A stretch of DNA of 61,114 nt, counting the filler, from an uncultured virus (IMG/VR IMGVR_UViG_2049941000_000596) (Duplodnaviria > Heunggongvirae > Uroviricota > Caudoviricetes). It is 23 parts of one record of this genome, joined end to end, with 100 filler letters (N's around TTAATTAATTAA, not from the genome) between each part and the next. Parts side by side here need not be neighbours in the genome. Positions count along the whole stretch, not along the records: positions 1 to 14,520 come from IMGVR_UViG_2049941000_000596; positions 14,621 to 16,219 come from IMGVR_UViG_2049941000_000596; positions 16,320 to 18,361 come from IMGVR_UViG_2049941000_000596; positions 18,462 to 22,979 come from IMGVR_UViG_2049941000_000596; 19 more parts are not named here. The stretch is one strand, 5' to 3'. The notes beneath the pieces are model-generated. The model searched no databases and was not told the DNA's origin. It saw nothing but the letters and a program-made list of their open reading frames with translations. The stretch's first letter is position 1. Each line of letters opens with the position of its first letter. The position numbers were made by a program, and so were the translations under genes. Positions 7,660 through 19,522 of the stretch are shown here, piece after piece.

Positions 7660-10352
7660 TTAATTCACACCATAGACAGCGATAATCTGTCCGGAACTGT
7701 TCCTCCCCTTATAAGCCGCATAGGCGGTGGTCCCGGAATAGTACAGATTGAAAGAATAGTAGTAGGATTCGTCTGTAATCTGGTAAGCCACTGCACTCGT
7801 AGTCAAGGCGGCTTTGGGTACAACGATCGGAGTTCTTGATCCGGAAGACGCAGGCTGGCCGATGATGATATACCAGTTATAGTTTCCATAGTTGAACGCA
7901 CAGCTTCCGGTCGTACAGGTTCCCGACCAGAGGAGCGTTATGCCTAGCCCCAGATTAGTTCTTACACCCGCTGCCGTTGTGGCACCCGTCCCGCCATAGG
8001 CGATGGCCAGCGGATTGGTCAGCGTAATGCTGTCCCAACTATTCCGGTCGTATGCCGCTTTTACAGCGGCAGCATTTGCGGCCAGGCCAGTGCTCGTTGA
8101 AGATGTGCTGCTGGTGAGCCTCGTCAGGCCGTAATAGGTGGTAGAGGCGACATTCAGCGTAAAAGCGACAAAGTACGTGCCGTCATAGATAAACAGCACT
8201 GTCTGCATCGGCTTCCAGGCATATGTCACCGGCAGATAGTTGTTGTAGGTGACGATGTACTTCAAGCCGGTGCCGTTTACATTCATTTTTACCTGCTGTA
8301 CAGTGTTGTGGTTGGTAAACTTGATCGCCACGACGGCCCCGGTCTTCAATTCAAAATTGCCCGGAACTGTAGCAATTTTATCTCCGTCGTCTGCCTCAGT
8401 CTCACATGTGCCGAGTGGGATGCCGCCAGCGACCTGGGATCGGATATACTCGGCCAGGAGCATACCGTAGACCTTCACATCCCAATTCTCTGAAACCTCA
8501 AAGCAGCTATCCGTCTCGGAAACTTTACCCACAGCCAGACCCGTACCACCCGCCTTAAAGTCCATCAGAACGGAGGCGGTAGACAGGCTGTCCACGACCG
8601 TGACCGTACCGAAGGCGTCGGTCAGGGTGAATCGGATATCGTAGGAATAGTCCACGCTCAGATTGCCGCCGCCGAAGATGAACTGCGTACCGCTGGTGAA
8701 GCTCACCCCAGCGTTTGTATAGGACGATTCAGAGGATTTCTTGTATGCCACAGCTGTCGTGATCGTATTCTTCCCGCTGCAGGACCAATAGGAAAATTCA
8801 ATCGTACTCTTGGCGTAGGTGCCGTTGGAGGAAGATGCTCCGGCGCTTGTGCAGCGCTGCGTAGAGTAGCTGTTGAAGCGCGGAGCGGCATACGGGACAA
8901 CAGTTATCGTGACGGTTGCCTCATCTGACCAGCGGCCGCGGCTGTCACAGACCTTCCCGGTGAACGTGATGGAACCGGAAGTGTTGAGAAAGCCGGTCGT
9001 CACCGAGGAAGCGGTGTATGACAGCCCGCCGCCGGTAATACTGTAGGAGCTGATGGTGGAGCCCCCTGCCCCTGCAGCGCCGGTTATCTCCAGTGTCACC
9101 TTGCTTTTCGTCTGCACATAGATGCCCCAGCTTGACGGCACCGTCCCATCAACACGTGTTGCCGTGATACCCGTGATTGTTGGCTTTACAGAAGCCGGGA
9201 CCGACAAAGTGACTGTAGTCGTGCTTGTGCCGACCAGCGTATTTCCGTTGTAGGTATAACAGGTCAGGGTACAGGAACCGCTGGTGCTGTTCGGAATCTG
9301 GCTGGCCAGCGAGGTGGGCGGCGTCCATGATACGGAGGTTGATGTAGTCTTTGTCGCAATCGTCCCGGTCGCATTGCCGAAAGCGTAAGTCAGCGTATGC
9401 GTAAAGGATGAGGATGCCCGGGAAATGCTGATCGTCCCTGCGCTGCCCATCGTGGTGGCGGGCATAGATACGCTCGAAGTGCGCGGGATCGTGCGGAGCG
9501 TAACATTCTGGCTGCCGCTGACGGACCAGCCGCTGCCGCCCTTGCCGTCCCAGGTAAAGCACTGGAAATTTGCGGCGATGTTGACAGTTTTGGTGCCGTC
9601 GGCATTGCCTGCGATGGTCCCTGAAGACCACGGTGCCGCAGGATAGCTGGAGCCCTGGGCAGGGATAATGGGATAGCCTGCGCTCTGCGTCTGGATCGTA
9701 CAGTTGTGGGTACCGGTCTGGGAGTTGAATGTAACGACCGTACTCCCGTTGATGGAAAGTGTGCCGTTTGGATAATACGTGAAGCCGTACCAGTTGTAGG
9801 ACACGAGCTGGCATGACGTTATGCTCACGACATGAGTATTGGCGGATTCGTTATAGGTTTCCGACCAGTTTATGATGACAGCNNNNNNNNNNTCGACGTG
9901 CGCGGGATCGTGCGCAGCGTAACATTCTGACTGCCGCTGACACTCCATCCGCTGCCGCCCTTGCCATCCCACGTGAAGCACTGAAAGTTTGCTGCGATAT
10001 TTACGGTCTTTGTACCATCAGCATTGCCCGCGATGGTGCCAGACGACCACGGCGCTGCCGGATAGCTGGAGCCGCTTGCAGGGATGATCGGGTAACCGGC
10101 GCTCTGCGTCTGGATCGTACAGTTGTGGGTACCGGTCTGGGAGTTGAATGTAACAACCGTGCTCCCGTTAATGGAGAGCGTGCCGTTGGGATAATAGGTA
10201 AAGCCGTACCAGTTGTAAGAAACAAGCTGGCAGGACGTTATACTGACGACGTGCGTATTTGCAGATTCGTTATAGGTTTCGGACCAGTTTATGATGACGG
10301 CAAAGTTCTGGCTGCCTGACAGCGTAAAACTGCCGCTGTTGCCCTGTGCCAT
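7660..10352 (-). CDS. Tail fibre/minor structural protein (DUF859-like); N-terminal part assembled twice
   Basis: LRTIPRTSS, ISRASSSFTHTLTYAFG, SWTPPTSLASQIPNSTSG, DSRGR, MDFKAGGTGLAVGKVSE; a 10-N break at ~9883 joins two variants. Confidence 0.75.
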
Positions 10353-10600
10353 AGGCGTCACTCCTTATGCTGTGGGATCTCTCCACTGAATAGAGAGGTT
10401 CCCGGTCTCACGGGGTATGAAATCAAACCAGCCCCTTGCCGCCGTGCCAAGGGAGAGTCTGTTCCGGATNNNNNNNNNNAGACTGGATGTTCACAATATC
10501 TGCCCCCTGAACCGTCAGTGTTGCCGCTGTTGCTCCGGAAATATTTGCCCAGGTTCCCCCGCTGTATTTCGCCCACTGATAGGTCGCATTNNNNNNNNNN

Positions 10601-12247
10601 GCCGCTATACTTTTTCAGCGTCACGGTATGGCCGGTGTGATCGATCTGGTACCAGAAGTCCCCAGCGGCAGGATTGGCCGGGGCCGTCTCGGAGATATTG
10701 CCCTTCAGCGGATCGACTTCACGCTGATTGGTACGGACGATCACATAAGGCACAAGCCCGCCGAGATTGTTCTTTACGGTAAAGCCGCCGATGGAGAGCA
10801 TCTCCGAAACATAAGGATCGGACTTGTCCTCCACGGTAATGACGTCCACGTAGCTTTTGCTGTTGTAGGTCATGGTGCAGCGGTAGGACTGGATGTTCAC
10901 AATATCTGCCCCCTGAACCGTCAGTGTTGCCGCTGTTGCTCCGGAGATATTTGCCCAGGTTCCCCCGCTGTATTTCGCCCACTGATAGGTCGCATTCGTA
11001 ATCGCAGTCGCGCCTTCATAGGCAGAGGTTGCCAGCGTCAGGCTGCCGGACTGGTTCTGCACGATAGTGCCGTTAGGCGCATAAACGGAGAACACCACAG
11101 CGGAGGTCCCGCTTGTACCGGCGTTGGCCTTGGTCCATGCAAAGTTCTTTGTGACGCTCTTGCCGGAGACAGAGAACGTGAGTGGAATCGTGCCGGTCAG
11201 TACGGATACGCCGCCCAGGGTAGAGTTCTTGGCGAAGGTCAGCACAACAGAACCTGTGGCAGTTGCCGTGGCCGGGGTATTGCTCTTAACCGTCACGCCG
11301 GACGGCAGAGTACCAACCGTGCAGGTCGCTGCCTTCTGCTCAATACCCTCATAGGCGGTGAACGGGATGGTCACGTTCGTGGCGGCAGTCACAGCACCGC
11401 CGGAGGTGCACGGGATCGTCTGCGCTTCATTGGAAAGGATCACGGACAGACCGCCGGAGCCGGAGGAACCGGGAGTGCCGGGGTCGCCCTTTGTGCCGTC
11501 NNNNNNNNNNNNNNNNNNNNNNNNNNNNNNNNNNNNNNNNNNNNNNNNNNNNNNNNNNNNNNNNNNNNNNNNNNNNNNNNNNNNNNNNNNNNNNNNNNNN
11601 NNNNNNNNNNNNNNNNNNNNNNNNNNNNNNNNNNNNNNNNNNNNNNNNNNNNNNNNNNNNNNNNNNNNNNNNNNNNNNNNNNNNNNNNNNNNNNNNNNNN
11701 NNNNNNNNNNNNNNNNNNNNNNNNNNNNNNNNNNNNNNNNNNNNNNNNNNNNNNNNNNNNNNNNNNNNNNNNNNNNNNNNNNNNNNNNNNNNNNNNNNNN
11801 NNNNNNNNNNNNNNNNNNNNNNNNNNNNNNNNNNNNNNNNNNNNNNNNNNNNNNNNNNNNNNNNNNNNNNNNNNNNNNCTTGATCTGCGCCACATTATTT
11901 ACGAACACAGAATGAGCGGGCTTTACCACGAGGGTACCGCCGGTGATGCTGGCGTTGTCCGAGGTCGTGGGATAATCCGCCCAGTTGCCGGAACTGTTCT
12001 TATACTGCCACTTGCTGATCGTCACGCCCTGCACCTGTCCGGTAAGGGTGGCCTGGGTCGCGCCGACCAGAGCGCCGGAAGTATCGTACTTGAACACATA
12101 AGTGTCCGCGGTCACATATGCCAGCTTTGCGTTCTCCGCGTTCCTCACCAATGTGAACGTGATGTCCGAGGAGATGTTGACGGTGTTCTTCGTCTCAGAA
12201 TCGTAGTAGCTGATATAGCAGATATACGTGATCATGCCGGAAGACGC
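10601..12247 (-). CDS. Large tail/baseplate protein, central fragments
   Basis: Continues 14868..15590; short collagen-like DGTKGDPGTPG, VILSNEAQTIP, Ig-like YQW..GAT..TL motif; internal N gap. Confidence 0.6.
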
Positions 12248-12654
12248 NNNNNNNNNNNNNNNNNNNNNNNNNNNNNNNNNNNNNNNNNNNNNNNNNNNNN
12301 NNNNNNNNNNNNNNNNNNNNNNNNNNNNNNNNNNNNNNNNNNNNNNNNNNNNNNNNNNNNNNNNNNNNNNNNNNNNNNNNNNNNNNNNNNNNNNNNNNNN
12401 NNNNNNNNNNNNNNNNNNNNNNNNNNNNNNNNNNNNNNNNNNNNNNNNNNNNNNNNNNNNNNNNNNNNNNNNNNNNNNNNNNNNNNNNNNNNNNNNNNNN
12501 NNNNNNNNNNNNNNNNNNNNNNNNNNNNNNNNNNNNNNNNNNNNNNNNNNNNNNNNNNNNNNNNNNNNNNNNNNNNNNNNNNNNNNNNNNNNNNNNNNNN
12601 NNNNNNNNNNNNNNNNNNNNNNNNNNNNNNNNNNNNNNNNNNNNNNNNNNNNNN

Positions 12655-14520
12655 CTTGGTGGAAAGGCCGGTCAGCGTTACGCCGGAAGCGCCGATGGTG
12701 ATCGTATTGCCCGCCGGATTGAGGTAATCTCGGGTACGGCCAACACAGCGGTATCTGCCATCGATGCCGTGGGGCGGAGATTTGCAGACAACATACATGC
12801 CCGCATGGATGTCCCCGATGTCTGCGCCGGTATCTGACTCATCAACGATGGTCAGTTCCATGCTGGTGACGCCCTGGGCCAGATCGTGCAGTCGGGTTCT
12901 GGCCTTGGTGAGCAAATTGCCAGGAACNNNNNNNNNNCGCGTCCCACTCGGCGTCTGCAGCGGAATCGCCGGAATTGCGGTGCCAGTTGAACGCACCGGC
13001 ATCCAAAGTATCCGTGATCTCTTTATCCCAGGAATACACCTTGCAGCGCACGAGACTCTGCTGTGTTTTCTCCCGGAATATGCTCACGCCCTCCGTCACC
13101 AACTCCGTGCGGTACATCTTGGATTCGTTGATTTTGTCCACCTGGCCCGANNNNNNNNNNTCCGGTGTCCGACTCGTCCACGATGGTCAGTTCCATGCTG
13201 GTGACGCCCTGAGCCAGATCGTGCAGTCGGGTTCTGGCCTTGGTGAGCAAATTGCCAGGAACGGTCACATCGTCCCAGATTTCGGTTCTCCAGATCATTC
13301 CGATCTCAGCCGCGGCGTCTTCGTCAACAATATAGTTTTTTCCGCCGTTCACGGACGTGATCTGGACCCGCTCATCGGTTTCATATTCCTGGCCTTCAGC
13401 ATCTACATCCTTAATCTTCGCCCCGAGCGGGAGTAGGACGGAGACACGGTCGGTATGATCTCGGCTGATCTTCACATCCAACAGGTTTTTGCCGTACTCC
13501 ACGGTCTGCGGGGAGAGGGAGTCGAAGTCCGCAATATAGTCCAGGTACTTCACACCGCCCGCATAGCGAACACGCAGGAAACCCCCGTGCGTTTTGATCA
13601 GCTTATCCCGGATGGCATCCAGCGTGACGGTGAAATCTATGCTGCTATAGGAAATATAGTCATTGTTGTCTGACACGGTCACGTTACCGATGACGAACCG
13701 CTTTTTCTCCTCGACCGAGTTGTTATGGACGGATATGAAGAGCTCCAGCAGCCCATGCAAGGTGCCCTTGTAATCATAGGGCGGTTGAACACTGTCCTTC
13801 AGATAGGCCAGACAGCTTTCGCATGTCCACGTATGGGTGTTATAGAAATCCGTACCGTTATCCAGCGCCCGGCCCTCAAATACAACGGCATCGCCCTTCT
13901 TGCAGACGATGGTGGAGGCAAGAGGCCGGATGCTGGATAGGTACGGATGGTTGAAAGGAGCGGAAAGCGTCATGCTGTCGATGTTCTCTGCGTCCTCCTC
14001 AATCCGGGCGTCCGTGATCGCCAGCTTCGACATCTGCGGATGATAGAACAGAGCNNNNNNNNNNCACCCGAAGGAACCCACCGTGAGTTTTGACCAGCTT
14101 GTCCCGGATGGCGTCCAGCGTGACGGTAAAGTCAATGCTGTTATAAGAGACATAGTCGTTGTTATCCGTCACGGTCACATTTCCGACCACAAATCGTTTC
14201 TTTTCTTCGACCGTGTTGTTATGGACGGAGATGAACAGCTCGAGCAGACCGCGCAGGGTGCCTTTATAATCATAGGGCGGCTGAACGCTGTCTTTCAGGT
14301 AGGCTAGACAGCTTTCGCATGTCCAGGTATGGGTGTTATAAAAGTCCGTGCCGTTGTCCAGCGCCCGGCCCTCGAATACCACGGTATTGCCCTTCTTACA
14401 GACGATGCTGGAAGCAAGCGGCCGGATGCTGGAAAGGTACGGGTGGTTGAAAGGCGCGGAAAGCGTCATGCTGTCGATGTTCTCCGCGTCCTCTTCAATG
14501 CGGGCGTCCGTGATCGCCAG
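12655..14520 (-). CDS. Tail spike/endopeptidase-like (Tal) gene, several variant fragments
   Basis: VFEGRALD, CESCLAYLKDSVQ, KTHGGFLRVR, VEYGKNLLD, ITSVNGGKNYI, WDDVTVPGNLLTKA. Confidence 0.65.
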
Positions 14521-14564
14521 NNNNNNNNNNNNNNNNNNNNNNNNNNNNNNNNNNNNNNNNNNNN

Positions 14565-14576
14565 TTAATTAATTAA
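14565..14576. other. Artificial contig linker TTAATTAATTAA (first of many)
   Basis: Always flanked by N runs; stops in all six frames; recurs at 16264, 18406, 23024 and onward to 60229. Confidence 0.95.
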
Positions 14577-14620
14577 NNNNNNNNNNNNNNNNNNNNNNNN
14601 NNNNNNNNNNNNNNNNNNNN

Positions 14621-14810
14621 TTCACCATCAACAGTCCATCGGAGAGTCGTTTCCGCAGTAGTCGTTACCGTTGGGACCACAGGCATATAATCGTTAGCCA
14701 GAACAACAGTGCCGCCGCCAGTGATGCTCACAACGGTCTCCTCTGTATGGTACAGAAATGAGTCCCCATCCTCACAAGAGAGGATCAGCTCTCCCCTGCC
14801 CGTTAACGGA
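14621..14810 (-). CDS. Distal tail protein (Dit) fragment, divergent variant
   Basis: NDYMPVVPTVTTTAETTLRWTVDGE, homologous to 16672..17078. Confidence 0.55.
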
Positions 14811-14867
14811 CTATAGGAAGGAGCCGCCTCCAGGGAGCCGGAGGAACCGGGAGTGCCNNNNNNNNNN

Positions 14868-15590
14868 ATATACATCGGCATCAGATGTGACCAGCTTGAT
14901 CTGTGCCACATTGTTTACGAACACGGCATGAGCGGGCTTTACCACAAGGGTGCCGCCGGTAATGCTGGCATTGTCCGATGTTGTGGGATAATCCGCCCAG
15001 TTGCCAGAACTGTTTTTATACTGCCATTTGCTGATCGTCACGCCCTGCACCTGCCCGGTAAGGGTGGCCTGGGTCGCGCCGACCAGAGCGCCGGAGGTAT
15101 CGTACTTGAACACATAAGTGTCCGCCGTTACATACGCCAGCTTTGCGTTTTCCGCGTTCCTCACCAGCGTGAACGTGATGTCCGAGGAGATGTTGACGGT
15201 GTTCTTCGTCTCGGAATCGTAGTAGCTGATATAGCAGATATACGTGATCATGCCGGAAGACGATGCTGCCAGCTTGTTCTGACTGACGGTCAGGATGCCG
15301 CCGGACACAGACTCTCCGGAGGTGACCGCCGTCTCAGCCGAAGTGCCATCCTTCCGCTTCCATGTGATGGTCAGGCCGGAAGAGCCGAGCGCGATGCTCG
15401 TCTGATCGAGAAAAACTACAGGTGTCAGCACCAGATGGGTCGATGCCCAGCTCGGCGCATAGGTATGCGGCAGAACGTTAGGATCTTCACTTTGCGTTTT
15501 CGGCAGATTGGATGTGATATATGCCGACAGCTTCCGCTGATCTGTAATGTCCACGAAAGTCTGCTGGCTGGATGTGAGTACAGTAGGCAT
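14868..15590 (-). CDS. Large tail/baseplate protein, N-terminal fragment
   Basis: MPTVLTSSQQTFVDITDQRKLSAYITSNLPKTQ; RBS AAGGAGG; directly after tail spike C-terminus. Confidence 0.65.
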
Positions 15591-15602
15591 GATACGCCCT
15601 CC

Positions 15603-15938
15603 TTATATTGTGACTTCACAGTAGAAGGATGCGTTGTCCGTCACATCCTCCGTAGATACGGTTATGGTTTTTGTACCGACATGGGCTGCGTCCCACTCGG
15701 CGTCTGCTGCGGTATCGCCGGAATTGCGGTGCCAGTTGAATGCAGCGGCATCCAAGGTGTCAGTGATTTCTTTATCCCAGGAATACACCTTACAGCGAAC
15801 AAGGCTCTGCTGCGTTTTCTCCCGGAAGATGCTAACACCCTCCGTTACCAGCTCCGTGCGGTACATCTTGGATTCGCTGATCCTGTCAACCTGGCCGGAG
15901 ATCACATCGATCCTGCCGGACTGGCCGACCACATCCTC
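15603..15938 (-). CDS. Tail spike C-terminal fragment
   Basis: CKVYSWDKEITD..FNWHRNSGD..ADAEW...DVTDNASFYCEVTI stop; same text in other variants. Confidence 0.6.
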   Translation of the reverse strand, partial: EDVVGQSGRIDVISGQVDRISESKMYRTELVTEGVSIFREKTQQSLVRCKVYSWDKEITDTLDAAAFNWHRNSGDTAADAEWDAAHVGTKTITVSTEDVTDNASFYCEVTI

Positions 15939-15951
15939 NNNNNNNNNNAAT

Positions 15952-15979
15952 GAAAACAGAGCCGGTTTCCCGACTCTGT
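15952..15979 (-). terminator. Intrinsic terminator just after 18-bp site
   Basis: Minus strand ACAGAGTCGG-GAAA-CCGGCTCTGT-TTTC, GNRA tetraloop and T-tract. Confidence 0.75.
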
Positions 15980-15995
15980 CTGAAATATTCAGTTG

Positions 15996-16013
15996 GCTAA
16001 ACTGGGAGTTGTC
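15996..16013 (-). repeat. 18-bp quasi-palindromic site (GACAAC-TCCCAG-TTTAGC)
   Basis: Matches sites at 16084, 50280, 51003, 51321, 51347, 53421. Confidence 0.7.
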
Positions 16014-16083
16014 GAAAAAAATACGCTCTGTTATTCGTAAAACCCCTGAATGGGTCNNNNNNNNNNTAGGTTGTATTCAAATA

Positions 16084-16101
16084 GCTAAACTGGAAGTTGT
16101 C
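16084..16101 (-). repeat. 18-bp quasi-palindromic site (GACAAC-TTCCAG-TTTAGC)
   Basis: Second variant; same upstream sequence as the 15996 copy, different downstream sequence. Confidence 0.7.
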
Positions 16102-16148
16102 GAAAAAAATACGCTCTGTTATTCGTAAAACCCCTGAATGGGTCAGCC

Positions 16149-16219
16149 TTATACCGCCTCTTCCGCCAAAGTGCTCATACCGCAGAACGTTTCTGTCTTC
16201 TTCTTGTAGCGAACCAGCA
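16149..16219 (-). CDS. C-terminal fragment of an unknown accessory gene
   Basis: LVRYKKKTETFCGMSTLAEEAV-stop, about 47 bp before the 18-bp site. Confidence 0.4.
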
Positions 16220-16626
16220 NNNNNNNNNNNNNNNNNNNNNNNNNNNNNNNNNNNNNNNNNNNNTTAATTAATTAANNNNNNNNNNNNNNNNNNNNNNNNN
16301 NNNNNNNNNNNNNNNNNNNCAACCAGCGCTTCCGCGGCTTGAGCCTTTTCGGATTCAGAAAGCTGAGAAAAGGCCCCACGGCAATCCGCCAGAATATCTG
16401 ACAGGTCACGCATGGAGCCGTCTGTATTGGTGGTGGCGATAGTGACTTCGCCCAGNNNNNNNNNNGGTGACGCCCTCAACGAGATCATGCAGCCGAGCCT
16501 GCGCTTTACGGAGCAGATTCCCGGGGATCGTCACATCCTCCCAGATCTCTGTTCTCCAGATCATTCCGATCTCAGCCGCGGCCTCTTGGTCTACAATATA
16601 GTTTTTCCCGCCGTTCNNNNNNNNNN

Positions 16627-16665
16627 GTCGAGATGGAGTATACCACATTTATCTGTCTTTCGGAA
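16627..16665 (-). promoter_or_regulatory. Sigma-A-type promoter plus start of 18-bp site, downstream of Dit
   Basis: TTCCGA-17bp-TATACT with extended TG; the 19 nt TGGTATACTCCATCTCGAC are identical to 50264..50282; contig breaks inside the site. Confidence 0.65.
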
Positions 16666-16671
16666 GATGCT

Positions 16672-17078
16672 TTATAGCCGTCCCTGCCTATAAGTGAAGG
16701 ACGTTGTTCCTTCTCCCGTAATGGATACCGTGTTCTCCCCATGCCGTAGCTCCAGTTCCGGGATCTCCCACGTTCCCGCACTGACAGTCTTGTGGAAGGT
16801 TTCTCCGTCAACCGACCAACGTAGAGAGGTTTCTGCTGTGGTTGTGATGACCGGCACAACGGGCATGAAGTCATTGTGGAGAGTGACTGAACCGCTGCCG
16901 CTGACACTCTCGACTGTTTCCGACACATAGTAGAGAAAGGCGTCCCCGTCTGTGCAGGAGATTGCAAGCAGACCTTTGCCGGTTTTCGGGTCATAGGTTG
17001 GTTCTGCCTCCAGAGTCCCCAGCGCGTACAGCGTTGGCGCTTCTGTCAGTATTACCCGACAAAGCTGTCCGGCAAACT
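16672..17078 (-). CDS. Distal tail protein (Dit), C-terminal part
   Basis: LHNDFMPVVPVI...ELELRHGENTVSITGEGTTSFTYRQGRL stop, typical siphophage Dit end. Confidence 0.65.
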
Positions 17079-17088
17079 NNNNNNNNNN

Positions 17089-17839
17089 TCTGTCCACCTG
17101 ACCGGAGATCACATCGATCCTGCCAGACTGACCGACTACGTCCTCCTCAAGGGCGGAGATGGTATCGTTCTGCTTGGTGGAGAGGCCGGTCAGCGTCACG
17201 CCGGATGCGCCGATGGTGATCGTATTCCCAGCAGGATTGAGGTAATCCCGGGTACGCCCCACGCAGCGGTATCTGCCGTCAATGCCGTGCGGCGGAGACT
17301 TGCAGACTACATACATGCCCGCNNNNNNNNNNGGCAGCGGCATCGCCGGAATTGCGGTGCCAGTTGAACGCACTTGCATCCAAGGTTTCAGTGATTTCTT
17401 TATCCCAGGAATACACCTTGCACCGCACAAGGCTCTGCTGTGTTTTCTCCCGGAAAATGCTCACACCCTCCGTCACCAGCTCTGTGCGGTACATCTTGGA
17501 TTCGTTGATCTTGTCCACCTGGCCGGAGATCACATCGATCCTGCCGGACTGGCCGACCACATCCTCCTCCAGGGCGGAGATGGTATCGTTCTGCTTGGTG
17601 GAAAGGCCGGTCAGTGTCACACCACTTGCGCCAATGGTGATCGTATTCCCTGCAGGGTTCAGATAGTCCCGGGTACGTCCTACGCAGCGGTATCTGCCGT
17701 CAATGCCGTGCGGCAGAGATTTGCAGACCACATACATGCCCGCATGGATGTCCCCGATATCCGCTCCAGTGTCCGATTCATCCACAATAGTCAGTTCCAT
17801 GCTGGTGACGCCCTGGGCCAGATCGTGCAGCCGGGTTCT
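17089..17839 (-). CDS. Tail spike variant fragments
   Basis: AGMYVVCKSPPHGIDGRYRC...YLNPAGNTITIG repeated across 10-N joins. Confidence 0.55.
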
Positions 17840-17849
17840 NNNNNNNNNN

Positions 17850-18361
17850 TTTATACCAGTCAATGGACAGGTGCGGGACGCTCGGAGGCGAGATGGATAG
17901 AGTACCGGATACCCGGAAATGCGGCAGTTTGATGTGCGGCAGCTGCAGCTTCAGGCCGGAAAAGAAACCGCTGACAGCATTGAGCGCAGAGCGGATCTTG
18001 TCCCGGGCCGCTTCGATGGGAGTAACGATCGCGGTCTTGATCCCATTCCAAACGGAGGTGGCGGTACTCTTGATTCCGTTGAACAGATTGGTGGCCGTGC
18101 TCTTCACGGATTCAAACGCCGAGGAGACTTTGCTTTTAATTCCGTCCACGACCGTGCTGATTGCCGTTTTGATCCCGTTCCAGATCGTGGAGGCGGTTGT
18201 TTTGATAGCCGTGAACACCGTAGTNNNNNNNNNNTGAAAAAGGCAACGATCCCATTCCAGATAGTCTCAAAGAAGGATTTGATTCCCGTCCACACGGATT
18301 CCCATGTGGTTCCGAACCAGCCGAAAACGACCTCTGCCAGAGACTTCAGCAGATTCAGCGC
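17850..18361 (-). CDS. Tape measure protein, C-terminal fragments
   Basis: Trp-periodic repeats (IWNGIK, VWNGIK) and LPHIKLPHF...SVPHLSIDWY. Confidence 0.8.
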
Positions 18362-18681
18362 NNNNNNNNNNNNNNNNNNNNNNNNNNNNNNNNNNNNNNN
18401 NNNNNTTAATTAATTAANNNNNNNNNNNNNNNNNNNNNNNNNNNNNNNNNNNNNNNNNNNNACCGTACTTATCCGTAACAGTATCGTTTTTCTGAATGGT
18501 GATCCGCACACGGAGCCCTGCGATGTTCATCACACGACTCCTTCCCGGATTCCGAACAGCAAAGACCTCAGTCTGAGGGTCAGTTCATGATGATCTGCAT
18601 CCTCGCGGNNNNNNNNNNAAAGTTCTGGCTGCCCGACAGCGTAAAGCTGCCGCTGTTGCCCTGTGCCATAGGCGTCACTCC

Positions 18682-19345
18682 TTACGCTGTGGGATCTCTC
18701 CATTGGATTGAGAGGTTCCCGGTCTCCCGGGGTATGAAATCAAACCAGCCCCTTGCCGCTGTGCCAAGGGAGAGCCTGTTCCGGATCTCCGCGTTGGTGA
18801 TGACGAGGGACTGGTTTGTGATGTATGCAATGGTCTGGCCGTTTTCCAGAAAGGATAGGCCCTCATTGGAAAACTCTGCTGTGAAGGCGTTTCCGACTTT
18901 GCCCAGCTCTATCAAAGCGCCTCGGAAGCGGATGTACTCCTCAATCAGGGAGTAGTTGCCGGAGACGTTGTTCGTGATCTCGTTTGTCAAAGTCGTAAAG
19001 TCCATGCGGATCTCTGAAGCCGCCTGCGTGATGGCCGTCTGGAAATCCTGCTGGATGGTGGTCAGATCGTCCTTGCTGAGATANNNNNNNNNNTGTGATC
19101 TCATTGGTCAGGGTCGTAAAGTCCATGCGGATCTCCGAGGCCGCCTGGGTGATGGCGGTCTGGAAATCCTGCTGAATCGTAGTCAGATCGTCTTTGCTGA
19201 GATAATTCTCGCGGACGGTAGATTGGATCTGCTCGGAGGTTTTTGTGATCTCCGCATAGCATTCCCGCACTTCCACCCGCAGAGAATCCACCGCCTCCAG
19301 CTCGACCAGACTCTGGAATGTGTTCTGGCAGATGGAAAGGAGCAT
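18682..19345 (-). CDS. Minor tail protein upstream of tail fibre (two joined variants)
   Basis: Coiled-coil N-part, YIRFRGALIELGK, IAYITNQSL.IT.AEI, FIPRETGNLS. Confidence 0.65.
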
Positions 19346-19357
19346 GCTGTCACCTCC

Positions 19358-19522
19358 TCAGTTGGAGACATCACACTGCAGGGTCAGGATGGAATCTATG
19401 TCCGCGGCGGAGAGATAAATAACTTTCCCGGTCTTGTCGAAGGTGATGGGATTGCCGTCCTTGTCCTGCGCATACCAGGTATAGGTCAGTTCCTGTGTTT
19501 CAGTTGCCGCCTTCCACTCTGT
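19358..19522 (-). CDS. Large tail/baseplate protein, C-terminal fragment
   Basis: TEWKAATETQELTYTWYAQDKDG...LQCDVSN stop, followed by RBS GGAGGTG of next gene. Confidence 0.55.
   Translation of the reverse strand, partial: TEWKAATETQELTYTWYAQDKDGNPITFDKTGKVIYLSAADIDSILTLQCDVSN

Noticed and set aside
9476..10310. Duplicated tail-fibre segment as a DGR template/variable repeat or shufflon
   Set aside because: Differences are synonymous and not adenine-specific, the copies are joined by a 10-N spacer, and no reverse transcriptase or invertible sites are visible; best explained as strain variants
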